A stretch of 64,000 nt of DNA. Source: an uncultured Solirubrobacterales bacterium (GTDB lineage: Bacteria; Actinomycetota; Thermoleophilia; Solirubrobacterales; Solirubrobacteraceae). The stretch covers positions 153,120-217,119 of the forward strand of contig CAVYPO010000003.1 of assembly GCA_963770405.1 (NCBI GenBank), in the 5' to 3' direction. Positions within the stretch are counted from its first letter, which is position 1. Each line of letters starts with the position of its first letter. Shown here piece after piece: positions 18,429-26,725 of this stretch. A model generated the notes under the pieces. It was not told where the DNA came from, searched no databases, and worked only from the letters and a program-made list of their open reading frames with translations. The position numbers and the translations under genes were made by a program.

Positions 18429-20206
18429 CGCCGGACAGCGAATCTCGCGAGATCGTCGGGCGGCTGCTGTCGGTCAACGTCGGCATGCCGAAGAACGTGG
18501 CCTGGCAAGGAAAGACGGTTTTCACCGGCGTCTTCAAGGACCCCGTGGTCGGCCCTCGCCGCGTCCGCAAGCTCAACATCGAGGGCGATGGTCAGGGCGA
18601 TCTCGCCGGGCACGGCGGGGAGCAGCGCGCCGTGTTCGTCTACCAGATCGACTCCTACCGGTACTGGGAACGCGAGCTCGGACGAAACGACTTCGTGTAC
18701 GGCCAGTTCGGCGAGAACTTCACCGTGGAAGGACTCGCCGATGACGAGGTGTGCATCGGCGATCGCTACCAGATCGGCACATGCCGTCTTCGAGGTCACG
18801 CAACCCCGGGTCACCTGCTACCGCGTCGGGATCCGCATGAACGACCCGCGCATCCCCGCGATGCTCGTCTCGCACCACCGCCCGGGCTTCTACTTCCGCG
18901 TGCTCGAAGAAGGCGACGTACAAGCGGGAGACGAGATCATCAAGCTCGCCTCTGGCCCCGAACAGATGCTGGTCGCGGAGGTCGACGCGCTGCTCTATCT
19001 CCCTGGGCACCCGCGCCAGCAGCTGCTGCGCGCGCTCCGGATCCCCGCCCTCAGCCCCGGCTGGCAGGCCTCGTTCCGAGCTCTGCTCGAGCAGAGAACC
19101 CGGCAGCGGCAACGCCGGTCTCGCGGCGACGAGCCCGCCGCCCGCCTGGCCCGGCTTCCGTCAGCTGACCGTCACCGCAATCACCCGCGAAAGCGACTCG
19201 GTGATCTCGATACGCCTCGAGGACCCCGACGGGCGCGGCACTGCCAGCCGCCCGCCCGGGTCAGTACCTCACGGTGCGGGTCCAGCCCGACAAGCAGCAG
19301 AGGTCGTTGCTCCGCAACTACTCCCTCTCCGGACCACCGGACGCCGGCTACTACCGCATCACCGTCAAGCGCGAACCCGACGGCGCCGCCAGCGGCTACC
19401 TGCACACCCGGCTCGCCGTCGGCGACCAACTCGACATCGCAGCGCCACGCGGCACCTTCATCCTCGACCGGACGGATGCACCCGTGCTGCTGATCAGCGC
19501 CGGGATCGGCGCCACGCCAGTCCTCGCCATGCTTCACGCGCTGGCGGAGGAGCATTCCGATCGCGAGATCTGGGCGCTGCACTCCGCGCGCAGTAGCCGC
19601 GAGCACTCGTTTGCCGCCGAGGCCCGGGCTCTCCTCGCCTCGCTCCCGAACGCACGCACCCACGTCTACTACAGCCGTCCAGGTCCCGAAGACGTCGAAG
19701 GCCGCGACTTCGACGCCGCAGGCCGTCTCACCGGAGCGCAGCTCGCCGAACTTGAGCCACCCCGCGATGGCCAGGCATACCTGTGCGGGCCCGCGCCTTT
19801 CATGGACGAGATCAGTGCCGCTCTGGCGGCGCTGGGGATCGACGCCTCCCACATCCACACCGAACCATTCGGCCCCGCACCGGGTGTGACCCCAGGCATC
19901 GCAGCAACACCCGCGAGGGCGCCCCACCCACCCGCCGGCAAACCCGGAACCGGTCCCACGATCGAGTTCGCGCGCAGCGACCTCGCGATCCCATGGGACA
20001 ACGACTACGGCAGCCTGCTCGAACTCGCCGAAGCATGCGACGTTCCCGTCCGCTGGTCGTGCCGGACCGGCGTCTGTCACACGTGCGAGACCACCCTCAT
20101 CGCCGGCGACGTCAAGTACAGCCCCGACCCTGTCGAACCCCCAGCAGACGGAAGCGCACTCATCTGCTGCTCACAGCCCCGCGACGACGTAGTGCTCGAT
20201 CTGTGA
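18425..20206 (+). pseudogene. MOSC domain + FAD/NAD(P) ferredoxin-reductase + 2Fe-2S ferredoxin fusion protein, three frame breaks
   Basis: MOSC part 'GRLLSVNVGMPKNV..GDGQGDLAGHGGEQRAVF' (ORF 18425), '..AVFEVTQPRVTCYRVG..' (ORF 18588). 'FRQLTVTAITRESDSVISIRLEDPDG' in a third frame. 'RPGQYLTVRV..RNYSLSG..ISAGIGATP..CRTGVCHTCE' (ORF 19274). Breaks near 18783, 19100 and 19232. Confidence 0.75.
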
Positions 20207-20327
20207 CCGCCATCAACGGCACATGGCGCCACCGTGAGGTACCGCTCGCGCCCGGCGCCGACGTGAGCAGCGACCGCGTCGGACCAACGAGCACACGACT
20301 ATCGAGGCCGTTCCAACAACGGAGGTC

Positions 20328-20792
20328 ATGATGAACAACATCGATGAGGAGCTGGTCTTGGCCCACTTCATCGTTTCAGACGATGTCGAGCGTTCCCGCC
20401 GCTTCTACACCGAAGTACTCGGCGGCAGGGTGGCCTTTTCCGGCCCCGGAGGGCTGACCTATGTCGCACTATCCAACAGCTGGATCATCATCAATGGCGG
20501 CGGGGGCCCGACGGACGACAAGCCGTCGGTCACCCTGGAGACGCCACGCGATCCCGACCGGGTCAGCAGCTTCCTCAACATCCGGGTCAAAGACATCGCG
20601 GCCGTGTACGCCGAATGGAGCGCCAGGGGTGCGAACTTCCTGACGCCGCCGAAACAGCACCAGTACGAGATCCGTTGCTACATCCGCGACCCCGACGGTC
20701 ATCTGATCGAAGTGGGGCAAACCACCGACCCGGACGGCGACTGGACGCCCGCTCACTGGCCATCGAGTACGCCCGCCGAGGAGTCCGAGTGA
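20328..20792 (+). CDS. VOC (glyoxalase/bleomycin-resistance/dioxygenase) family protein, copy 1
   Basis: 154-aa ORF, GGAGG before ATG, 'FIVSDDVERSRRFYTEVLGG..IRDPDGHLIEV' typical VOC motifs. Confidence 0.85.
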   Translation: MMNNIDEELVLAHFIVSDDVERSRRFYTEVLGGRVAFSGPGGLTYVALSNSWIIINGGGGPTDDKPSVTLETPRDPDRVSSFLNIRVKDIAAVYAEWSARGANFLTPPKQHQYEIRCYIRDPDGHLIEVGQTTDPDGDWTPAHWPSSTPAEESE

Positions 20793-20800
20793 ATGCTGAG
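20508..20800 (+). repeat. direct repeat copy A (3' part of VOC gene plus SDR-derived junction)
   Basis: About 290 nt with only 5 mismatches (hand comparison) to 21985-22277. Offset 1477 nt. Confidence 0.8.
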
Positions 20801-20851
20801 ATCACCGGCGAAATCGCTCACGTCGAAGGTGGCCAGCTCCCCGGACACTGA
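20753..20851 (+). pseudogene. SDR C-terminal remnant with internal deletion
   Basis: Frame of ORF 20615..20851 reads 'SLAIEYARRGVRVNA|EITGEIAHVEGGQLPGH*'. The intact SDR at 15889-16599 reads 'SLAIEYASRGVRVNA-(46 aa)-VTGETLHVDGGQAAGR*'. Confidence 0.55.
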
Positions 20852-20900
20852 GATCCCTACCAGTCATTTCCGACTCGGCCACCGAAGAGACGGTCATCCC

Positions 20901-20993
20901 ATGCGTTTTGACATTCGCCCAGGCGCCCTGTTCCCCGACCATGCGTTTCCAGACCGTGCCGGCACGGTCCGCACAGGGAGGTCTCGGTCATGA
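20901..20993 (+). pseudogene. redoxin N-terminal remnant
   Basis: 'MRFDIRPGALFPDHAFPDRAGTVRT' matches 'MRSDITPGGTFPDYELPDQDRVTRT' of the intact redoxin (16637) at 13 of 25 positions. Same position relative to the SDR stop (49 vs 37 nt). Confidence 0.45.
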
Positions 20994-21626
20994 CCACCGC
21001 GATCATCGGCACTGGAGGGATCGGCTCGGCCATCGCCCGCCAGCTGGCCTCGGGTGGCGAGACCCTCCGGCTCTCGAGCGCCGACCATGAGTCGGCACGA
21101 AGGCTGGCTGCAGAGATCGGTCGGGCTGCGGTCGTCGCCGTCGATAACCGTGACGCGTTGCAGGGGGCCGATGCCGTCGTCCTCGCGCTGCGGTTTGCCG
21201 TGCTGAAGGGCGTCATAGACGAGATCGCCGATCCGCTGACCGAGAAAGCTCGTCGTCGTTCCGAGCAACCCGGTCGGCATCGACGCTGAAGGTAACGTCT
21301 CGCGTCTCCTGCCGAAGGGCCAATCCTCTGGCGAGGTTGTAACAGGGTGGTTGCCGGCGCGGGCGCGTTTGGCGATGGCGTTTGGAACCATGTCGGCCGA
21401 CGTCTTCGAGTCCTCTGGCAACCGGTCACCGGAGCTGGCGGTCCTCTTCTACGTGACCGACGACGACCGTGCTGGCGAGGAAGTCGAGCGGTTGATCCGC
21501 ACCGCCGGCTTCGAGCCCGTGAAGGTCGGCGGGATCGAACAGTCGGGTCGACTCGAGGTCGGCGGCGACCTTCACGATCTCGTAGTCGGCCCCGCAGAGG
21601 CGCGGTCACTGATCGGAGGCGGTTGA
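20990..21626 (+). pseudogene. NADP oxidoreductase, coenzyme F420-dependent / NpdG-like family, one frame break
   Basis: 'MTTAIIGTGGIGSAIARQLA' Rossmann start (ORF 20990). Continuation 'KLVVVPSNPVG..AFGTMSADVF..FYVTDDDRAGEEVERLIRTAGFEPVKVGG' in the frame of ORF 21351. An extra base at about 21243 (ACCGAGAAAGCTC where ACCGGAAAGCTC would give 'TGKLVVV'). Confidence 0.7.
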
Positions 21627-21792
21627 TCGCTTTGCCGTCAACCGGCTCCGCGGGCGCCCGATCGGGGCCATCGCGATGAGTGCCCACACGATTGAGCGGT
21701 GCCGTGGAAGAGACGGAATCCCCGATCGTCAGGACATCGGCTGCAGACCCCGCGGCAGGCGGGGTACCAGACCCAACCAGTGGAGGTACCAG

Positions 21793-22269
21793 ATGGCCGC
21801 GCTCCCGCCGCCCCCCGAGGGGCTTGTGCTGACCCGCTTCATCGTCTCACAAGACGTCGAGCGCTCTCGGCGCTTCTACACCGAAGTACTCGGCGGCACG
21901 GTCGTCTTCTCCGGAAAGCCGTCCGGAGAGCCGACCAATGTCGCACTATCCAACAGCTTTATCGTCATCAGCGTGGGCGGTGGACCGACGGACGACAAGC
22001 CGTCGGTCACCCTGGAGACGCCACGCGATCCCGACCGGGTCAGCAGCTTCCTCAATATCCGGGTCAAAGACATCGCGGCCGTGTACGCCGAATGGAGCGC
22101 CAGGGGTGCGAACTTCCTGACGCCGCCGAAACAGCACCAGTACGAGATCCGTTGCTACATCCGCGACCCCGACGGTCATCTGATCGAAGTGGGGCAAACC
22201 ACCGACCCAGACGGCGACTGGACGCCCACTCACTGGCCAGCGAGTACGCCCGCCGAGGAGTCCGCGTGA
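21793..22269 (+). CDS. VOC family protein, copy 2
   Basis: 158-aa ORF from ATG 21793 (GGAGG 5 nt upstream). C-terminal 95 aa differ from copy 1 at 3 positions. Confidence 0.85.
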   Translation: MAALPPPPEGLVLTRFIVSQDVERSRRFYTEVLGGTVVFSGKPSGEPTNVALSNSFIVISVGGGPTDDKPSVTLETPRDPDRVSSFLNIRVKDIAAVYAEWSARGANFLTPPKQHQYEIRCYIRDPDGHLIEVGQTTDPDGDWTPTHWPASTPAEESA

Positions 22270-22277
22270 ATCTCAGC
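21985..22277 (+). repeat. direct repeat copy B
   Basis: See copy A at 20508-20800. Confidence 0.8.
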
Positions 22278-22399
22278 GCCGCAAAGGCACAGTCATGGAT
22301 CGGTCGGGCCGAACGCGGTACGCTCGCGGCACGGCAGCAAGTCTGGCGCTGCCGACAACGGATCTCACCACGTCATCGAGCGCTCGAGGAGCACCAGCC

Positions 22400-22552
22400 A
22401 TGTCAGAGGAACCGCAGAGCACGCCCGCCCAGGATGATCCCAGCGAGGATGCCACCGAGGATCTCGCCCCGGCCGACGAGAGCCAGGACGCCGTCGCCGG
22501 TGGCTTCAAGCCGAGCAAGGGCGACGACCCGGATCTCCTCCCGGCCGTGTAG
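22400..22552 (+). CDS. 50-aa highly acidic small protein with internal Gly-Gly
   Basis: ATG 22400 preceded by GAGGAG. 'MSEEPQSTPAQDDPSEDATEDLAPADESQDAVAGGFKPSKGDDPDLLPAV'. No homology recognised. Coding status uncertain. Confidence 0.3.
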   Translation: MSEEPQSTPAQDDPSEDATEDLAPADESQDAVAGGFKPSKGDDPDLLPAV

Positions 22553-22913
22553 GCGACCTCTCCGTCAGGGGAGCACGCCCGATGCGTCCGAGAAGCCGAA
22601 GCCAGGGCCGGACGCACTAGCCGGTCGTACCTGCGGTGGCGCAACCGGACGTCGATGCGTGCCTCGACTCGCTCAGGCCAAGGACTGCCCGGCCCCGCCG
22701 GACTCAGGCTGATCGCGCTGCGTCCACGCGACCCGTAGGCGCGATGTAGCGACGAGCTCGGCGTGCACGCTCGTTCGTCCGAGCTCGCCGCGAAGGACCG
22801 AGCTTGCTTTCCTAATGTCCGGGCCGGTGCCATCTCCGCGGCCTTGAGCGGTGGGCCGCCGAGCACAGCGCTATCAAAGTGGAATTGATCGAAAAGATGA
22901 TTGGAGAGGTCAC

Positions 22914-23321
22914 GTGATCGGTGCCGTCCCACTCGTGCTTGCAGACGCTCAGTGTTTGGCGTCCCATGGCTGCCATGCATCCGGAGGGTGGCTCGGCGGG
23001 GCCATCGTCGGCGGCGCGGTATTGGTGGGGTTCATCGTGGTCGGAGTGAGGCTCTGGCGCAAACCCGGGACGCACAGCCAGGACGTCGGCATCGTCGGGC
23101 TTGCGCAGTCTGGTTCGGTCGCCAGCGTGCAACAGGTGATCGACGCGCTGCAGTCCGGACAGACGAACGTGGTCGTGTCCTCGAGCGATCGTGCGAGCGG
23201 CCCGGCCTCCGCCGACGCGACGGTCCAGCGGCGCGCGAAGCTGGAGGAGTTGCACCGACGCGGCGCGTTGACAGATGAGGAGTTCGCGCAGCAGCTATCG
23301 CTGTTGCAATCCGAGCCCTGA
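22914..23321 (+). CDS. small membrane protein with C-terminal SHOCT domain
   Basis: GTG 22914, 4 nt after GGAGAGG. One TM segment 'GGAIVGGAVLVGFIVVGV'. C-terminal 'RRAKLEELHRRGALTDEEFAQQLSLL' fits the SHOCT pattern. Confidence 0.6.
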   Translation: MIGAVPLVLADAQCLASHGCHASGGWLGGAIVGGAVLVGFIVVGVRLWRKPGTHSQDVGIVGLAQSGSVASVQQVIDALQSGQTNVVVSSSDRASGPASADATVQRRAKLEELHRRGALTDEEFAQQLSLLQSEP

Positions 23322-23395
23322 CCTCTTCGCGAAAGGCGTGGTCTCGGCCGTCCGGCAACACCAGCGGTGAGCGGACGTCGGCGTTGAGAAGCTGG

Positions 23396-24103
23396 CTATG
23401 TGTCCCCGAGCAGCGCTTGCTTGCGGGCTTCGAACTCGGTGTCGCTGAGCGCTCCGCTGTCGCGCAGCGCGGCCAGTCGTCCGATCTCGTCCAGCGGGTC
23501 GGCGGGGGCAGCGCCGGCATCGGGGCCGGTTGACTCGACCGTACGCTGTACGACGATCATCTTCCCTCCCCGGCTCTGAAAGCCAGTCGCCACGATCGTC
23601 GGCTCGGGTAGCCCGAGGATCCGTCGGCGTAACTCCTTGTACTCGTCGTCGGACAGTGCGCCGTTCGCGTAGAACTGAGCGAACCGCTCAAGCTCTGCCC
23701 GATGCTCGGGCGGTGCCTCCTGAGCCTCGATGACCGCCTCCCGACCTCTGGGCAACGCCACCTCCGCGCGAACACCCGACCGGACGCGAAGCACGGGCGC
23801 GACGTTCTGGCCGGGATCGATAACCACACGTGAGTGATCGTCAGGGTCATAGAGGACGGCGATACTGTCGCCCGCCCGTGGCATGAACAGGACCTTCAGG
23901 CTCGCTTTCAGCTCGGCCTCAAACGGCTGCCCGTCGGACGGATGCACGCGCAGTTGGAGGATCCAACTGCGGCCGTTCAACTGGTTGCCGTAGGAAGAAT
24001 CGAAATGCTTCGTCGGCTCGGAACTCAGCACCTCCGCCGATGCCTGACGCCCGCTCTCAGACAGCTGTCCCTCAACCGACTTTCGTCCGAACCCAAACGG
24101 CAT
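23396..24103 (-). CDS. protein with two SHOCT domains
   Basis: Start ATG 24103 ('MPFGFGRKS'). 'ELERFAQFYANGALSDDEYKELRRRILG' and 'IGRLAALRDSGALSDTEFEARKQALLG' are two SHOCT-like motifs. Confidence 0.7.
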   Translation of the reverse strand: MPFGFGRKSVEGQLSESGRQASAEVLSSEPTKHFDSSYGNQLNGRSWILQLRVHPSDGQPFEAELKASLKVLFMPRAGDSIAVLYDPDDHSRVVIDPGQNVAPVLRVRSGVRAEVALPRGREAVIEAQEAPPEHRAELERFAQFYANGALSDDEYKELRRRILGLPEPTIVATGFQSRGGKMIVVQRTVESTGPDAGAAPADPLDEIGRLAALRDSGALSDTEFEARKQALLGDT

Positions 24104-24264
24104 GGTGCGACAGTGTATGTCCGATCGACCGCGACGACCGGCGGCCGGCCGAGCGCTCGCGCTGCACGCCGGGGGATTCTTCAACGGTCATGATGTCTGT
24201 CAACGCCAGTGGCCGAGCGGTCGGGTGCGGCCCGAGTTCCATGCTGGTCGTTGGGAGATCAACC

Positions 24265-24570
24265 ATGGCAGCAACGCTGAAGTTGACGCACAAAGCAATC
24301 GGAGCCGAGGTCCGTCGCGGCGCGTACGACGTCATGGTCGACGGCGATCGTGTCGGGTCGGTCGGAATGAACGACACGATCGAGATACCGGTCGAACCTG
24401 GACGCCACACCGTGCAAGTCCGCAATGGCCGGAACTCCAGCCGAACTCAGCCCTTCGACGCCGCCGAAGGTGACGTCGTCGCCTTCCGATGCACCGGAAA
24501 GCGCTTTCTGCCGATCTTCCTCGCGTCCTTCGTTGCTCCGAGCCTGGCACTCGCGCTCGTACGCCAGTAG
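24265..24570 (+). CDS. small hypothetical protein with C-terminal hydrophobic anchor
   Basis: ATG 24265 after GGGAGA. 101 aa. Beta-rich N-part and 'FLPIFLASFVAPSLALALV' tail. Confidence 0.5.
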   Translation: MAATLKLTHKAIGAEVRRGAYDVMVDGDRVGSVGMNDTIEIPVEPGRHTVQVRNGRNSSRTQPFDAAEGDVVAFRCTGKRFLPIFLASFVAPSLALALVRQ

Positions 24571-24769
24571 AACCAGCTCCCCGGTCGGAGCGCCATGCGC
24601 GGAATCAGTTGATGCCCGTGACGAACACGGTGTTGAATTCGTAGCGCAGGTAGGTCTTCGGGGCTGTTCCTGGAACGTAGATCTCGCCCCGTGCGCTGTC
24701 GACGGTGCGCACCCTCGCGTCGACCCTAGTGGCCGCTTTGCGCGAGGTGCCCGCACTGGTTGCCCTGCC

Positions 24770-25930
24770 TCAGAAATCCGGCGCCGCCGGCAGCCCGGCG
24801 TAGTTCTCGGCCAGGCTGTGCGCGGCCACCGGTGAGCGCGCCAGGTACTCCAGGCGCGATCGTTGCAGGCGCTCCTCGAAGCCGCCACCGAGGCGGTGCA
24901 GCAGTTGCGTCATGTGGTTGGAGAACTCCTGTGCCCGCCACACGCGCCGCAGCGCGGCGGTCGAGTAGCCCTCGAGGCCGGCGTCGCCGCCGTCGCGATA
25001 GTGGCGCGCCAGCGCGTCGGCGAGCAGACGGGCGTCGTTGACGGCCAGGTTCAGGCCCTTCGCGCCGGTCGGCGGCACGATGTGGGCGGCGTCGCCGGCC
25101 AGGAACAGGCGCCCGTGCTGCATGGGCTCGCACACGAAGCTGCGCATCGGCGTGATGCCGCGGTCGAAGATCTCGCCCTCGTTGACGCGCCAGCCCTCGC
25201 TGGCCAGGCGCAGCTGCAGCTCCGACCAGATGCGCCCGTCGGGCCAGTCCTCCAGGCGCTCGTCCGTGCCGACCTGCAGATACAGGCGGCTGACCGTCGG
25301 CGAGCGCATGCTGTACAGCGCGAAGCCGTGCTCGTGCCGGGCGTAGATGAGCGCCTCGGTGGCCGGCGCGGCGTGCGCGAGGATCCCCAACCAGGCGAAC
25401 GGGTAGACGTACTCGTACTCGGCCAGCACCCCCGGCGGGATCGCCGCTCGCGACACGCCGTGGTAGCCGTCGCAGCCGGCGACGAAGTCGCACCGCAGTT
25501 CCTGGGTCCCGAAGCGCACGCGCGGGTGCGGGCCGTCGAGGTCGTGCAAGGCGGCATCGGGGACCTCGAAGTGCAGCTCACCGCCGCGATCCAGCCAGGC
25601 GGCGATGAGGTCCTTGACCACCTCCTGCTGGCCGTAGATGGTGACCTCGCGTCCCGTCAGGGCGGCGATGTCGACGTCCAGCGTGTGGCCGGGCCAGCGC
25701 AGGCGGATGCCGCTGTGGGGCAGGCCCTGGCGATCCAGGCGCTCCCCGACGCCGAGGCCTCGCAGCAGGTCGGTGGTGTTCTGCTCGAGCAGGCCCGCGC
25801 GTACGCGCCCCTCCAGGTAGGCCCGATCGCGGCGCTCGAGGATGACCGACTCGATGCCCTGGCGCTGCAGCAGCAGGGCCAGCGTGAGCCCGGCCGGTCC
25901 CGCTCCGATGATTGCCACCTGGGTGCGCAC
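24770..25930 (-). CDS. pobA: 4-hydroxybenzoate 3-monooxygenase
   Basis: 386 aa from GTG 25930. 'VAIIGAGPAGL' FAD motif, 'LFLAGDAAHIVPPTGAKGLNLA', and full-length collinearity with PobA as I recall it. Confidence 0.93.
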   Translation of the reverse strand: MRTQVAIIGAGPAGLTLALLLQRQGIESVILERRDRAYLEGRVRAGLLEQNTTDLLRGLGVGERLDRQGLPHSGIRLRWPGHTLDVDIAALTGREVTIYGQQEVVKDLIAAWLDRGGELHFEVPDAALHDLDGPHPRVRFGTQELRCDFVAGCDGYHGVSRAAIPPGVLAEYEYVYPFAWLGILAHAAPATEALIYARHEHGFALYSMRSPTVSRLYLQVGTDERLEDWPDGRIWSELQLRLASEGWRVNEGEIFDRGITPMRSFVCEPMQHGRLFLAGDAAHIVPPTGAKGLNLAVNDARLLADALARHYRDGGDAGLEGYSTAALRRVWRAQEFSNHMTQLLHRLGGGFEERLQRSRLEYLARSPVAAHSLAENYAGLPAAPDF

Positions 25931-26002
25931 GCGTGCAGCTTCGCATCCCGGCCGGCCCCCCGGTTGCACCCGCGCGGCGCCGAATCCGGTAATGATCACG
26001 CC

Positions 26003-26725
26003 ATGAGCGACCCGGCCGACACCCCGACGAGCTACGTCCGCGAGCCGGACGGCATCCAACCGCCGCTCGACAGCCCCGAGTACCGGTCGAGCGCGCTGCG
26101 CCACCCTCAGCGGCCGCTGCTGTACCTCCCGCAGGACATCACCGAGATCACCGGGCCCCAGCTCGGCCCCGACCGCGTCGTCGAGGGCGATCACGACCTC
26201 ACCCGCCAGCACGAGGGCGAGCCGATCGGCGAGCGCATCCTCCTGCGCGGCCGCGTGCTGGACACCGACGGGCGCCCGCTCCCCGGCACGCTGGTGGAGA
26301 TCTGGCAGGCCAACGCCGCCGGGCGCTACCGCCACCGGCGCGACACCTGGGACGCGCCGCTGGACCCGAACTTCAGCGGCGCCGGACGCTGCCTGACCGA
26401 CGAGCGCGGGCGCTTCCACTTCCTCACCATCAAGCCCGGCGCCTACCCCTGGGGCAACCACTACAACGCCTGGCGCCCCGCGCACATCCACTTCTCGCTG
26501 CTCGGGCGGGCGTTCACCCAGCGCCTGGTCACGCAGATGTACTTCCCCAACGACCCGCTGTTCGAGTACGACCCGATCTTCCGTTCGGTGCGCGACCCCG
26601 CCGCGCGCGAGCGCATGATCGCCCGCTTCTCGATCGCCGACACCCAGCCCAGCTGGGCGCTGGCCTACGAGTGGGACATCGTCCTGCGCGGACCCGGCGC
26701 GACCCCCTTCGAGCGCGCGCTGTGA
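26003..26725 (+). CDS. pcaH: protocatechuate 3,4-dioxygenase beta subunit
   Basis: 240 aa. 'VEIWQANAAGRYRH', 'AWRPAHIHFSL' iron-ligand region. Confidence 0.93.
   Translation: MSDPADTPTSYVREPDGIQPPLDSPEYRSSALRHPQRPLLYLPQDITEITGPQLGPDRVVEGDHDLTRQHEGEPIGERILLRGRVLDTDGRPLPGTLVEIWQANAAGRYRHRRDTWDAPLDPNFSGAGRCLTDERGRFHFLTIKPGAYPWGNHYNAWRPAHIHFSLLGRAFTQRLVTQMYFPNDPLFEYDPIFRSVRDPAARERMIARFSIADTQPSWALAYEWDIVLRGPGATPFERAL

Noticed and set aside
22273-22980. 235-aa minus-strand ORF spanning the gap in the low-GC islet.
   Set aside because: Ser/Arg-rich and motif-free. It overlaps the better-supported acidic small ORF and the SHOCT gene start on the other strand.
22270-24770. Prophage remnant, defence island or toxin-antitoxin module in the low-GC islet.
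   Set aside because: I recognised no integrase, recombinase, nuclease, ATPase, methylase or toxin-fold motifs, and no flanking att-like repeats. Only SHOCT-type small proteins are present.
25931-26002. GTGCA..N27..TGCAC inverted pentamers in the pobA-pcaH gap as a regulator site.
   Set aside because: The 5-bp arms with a long spacer in a 72-bp GC-rich gap are compatible with chance.
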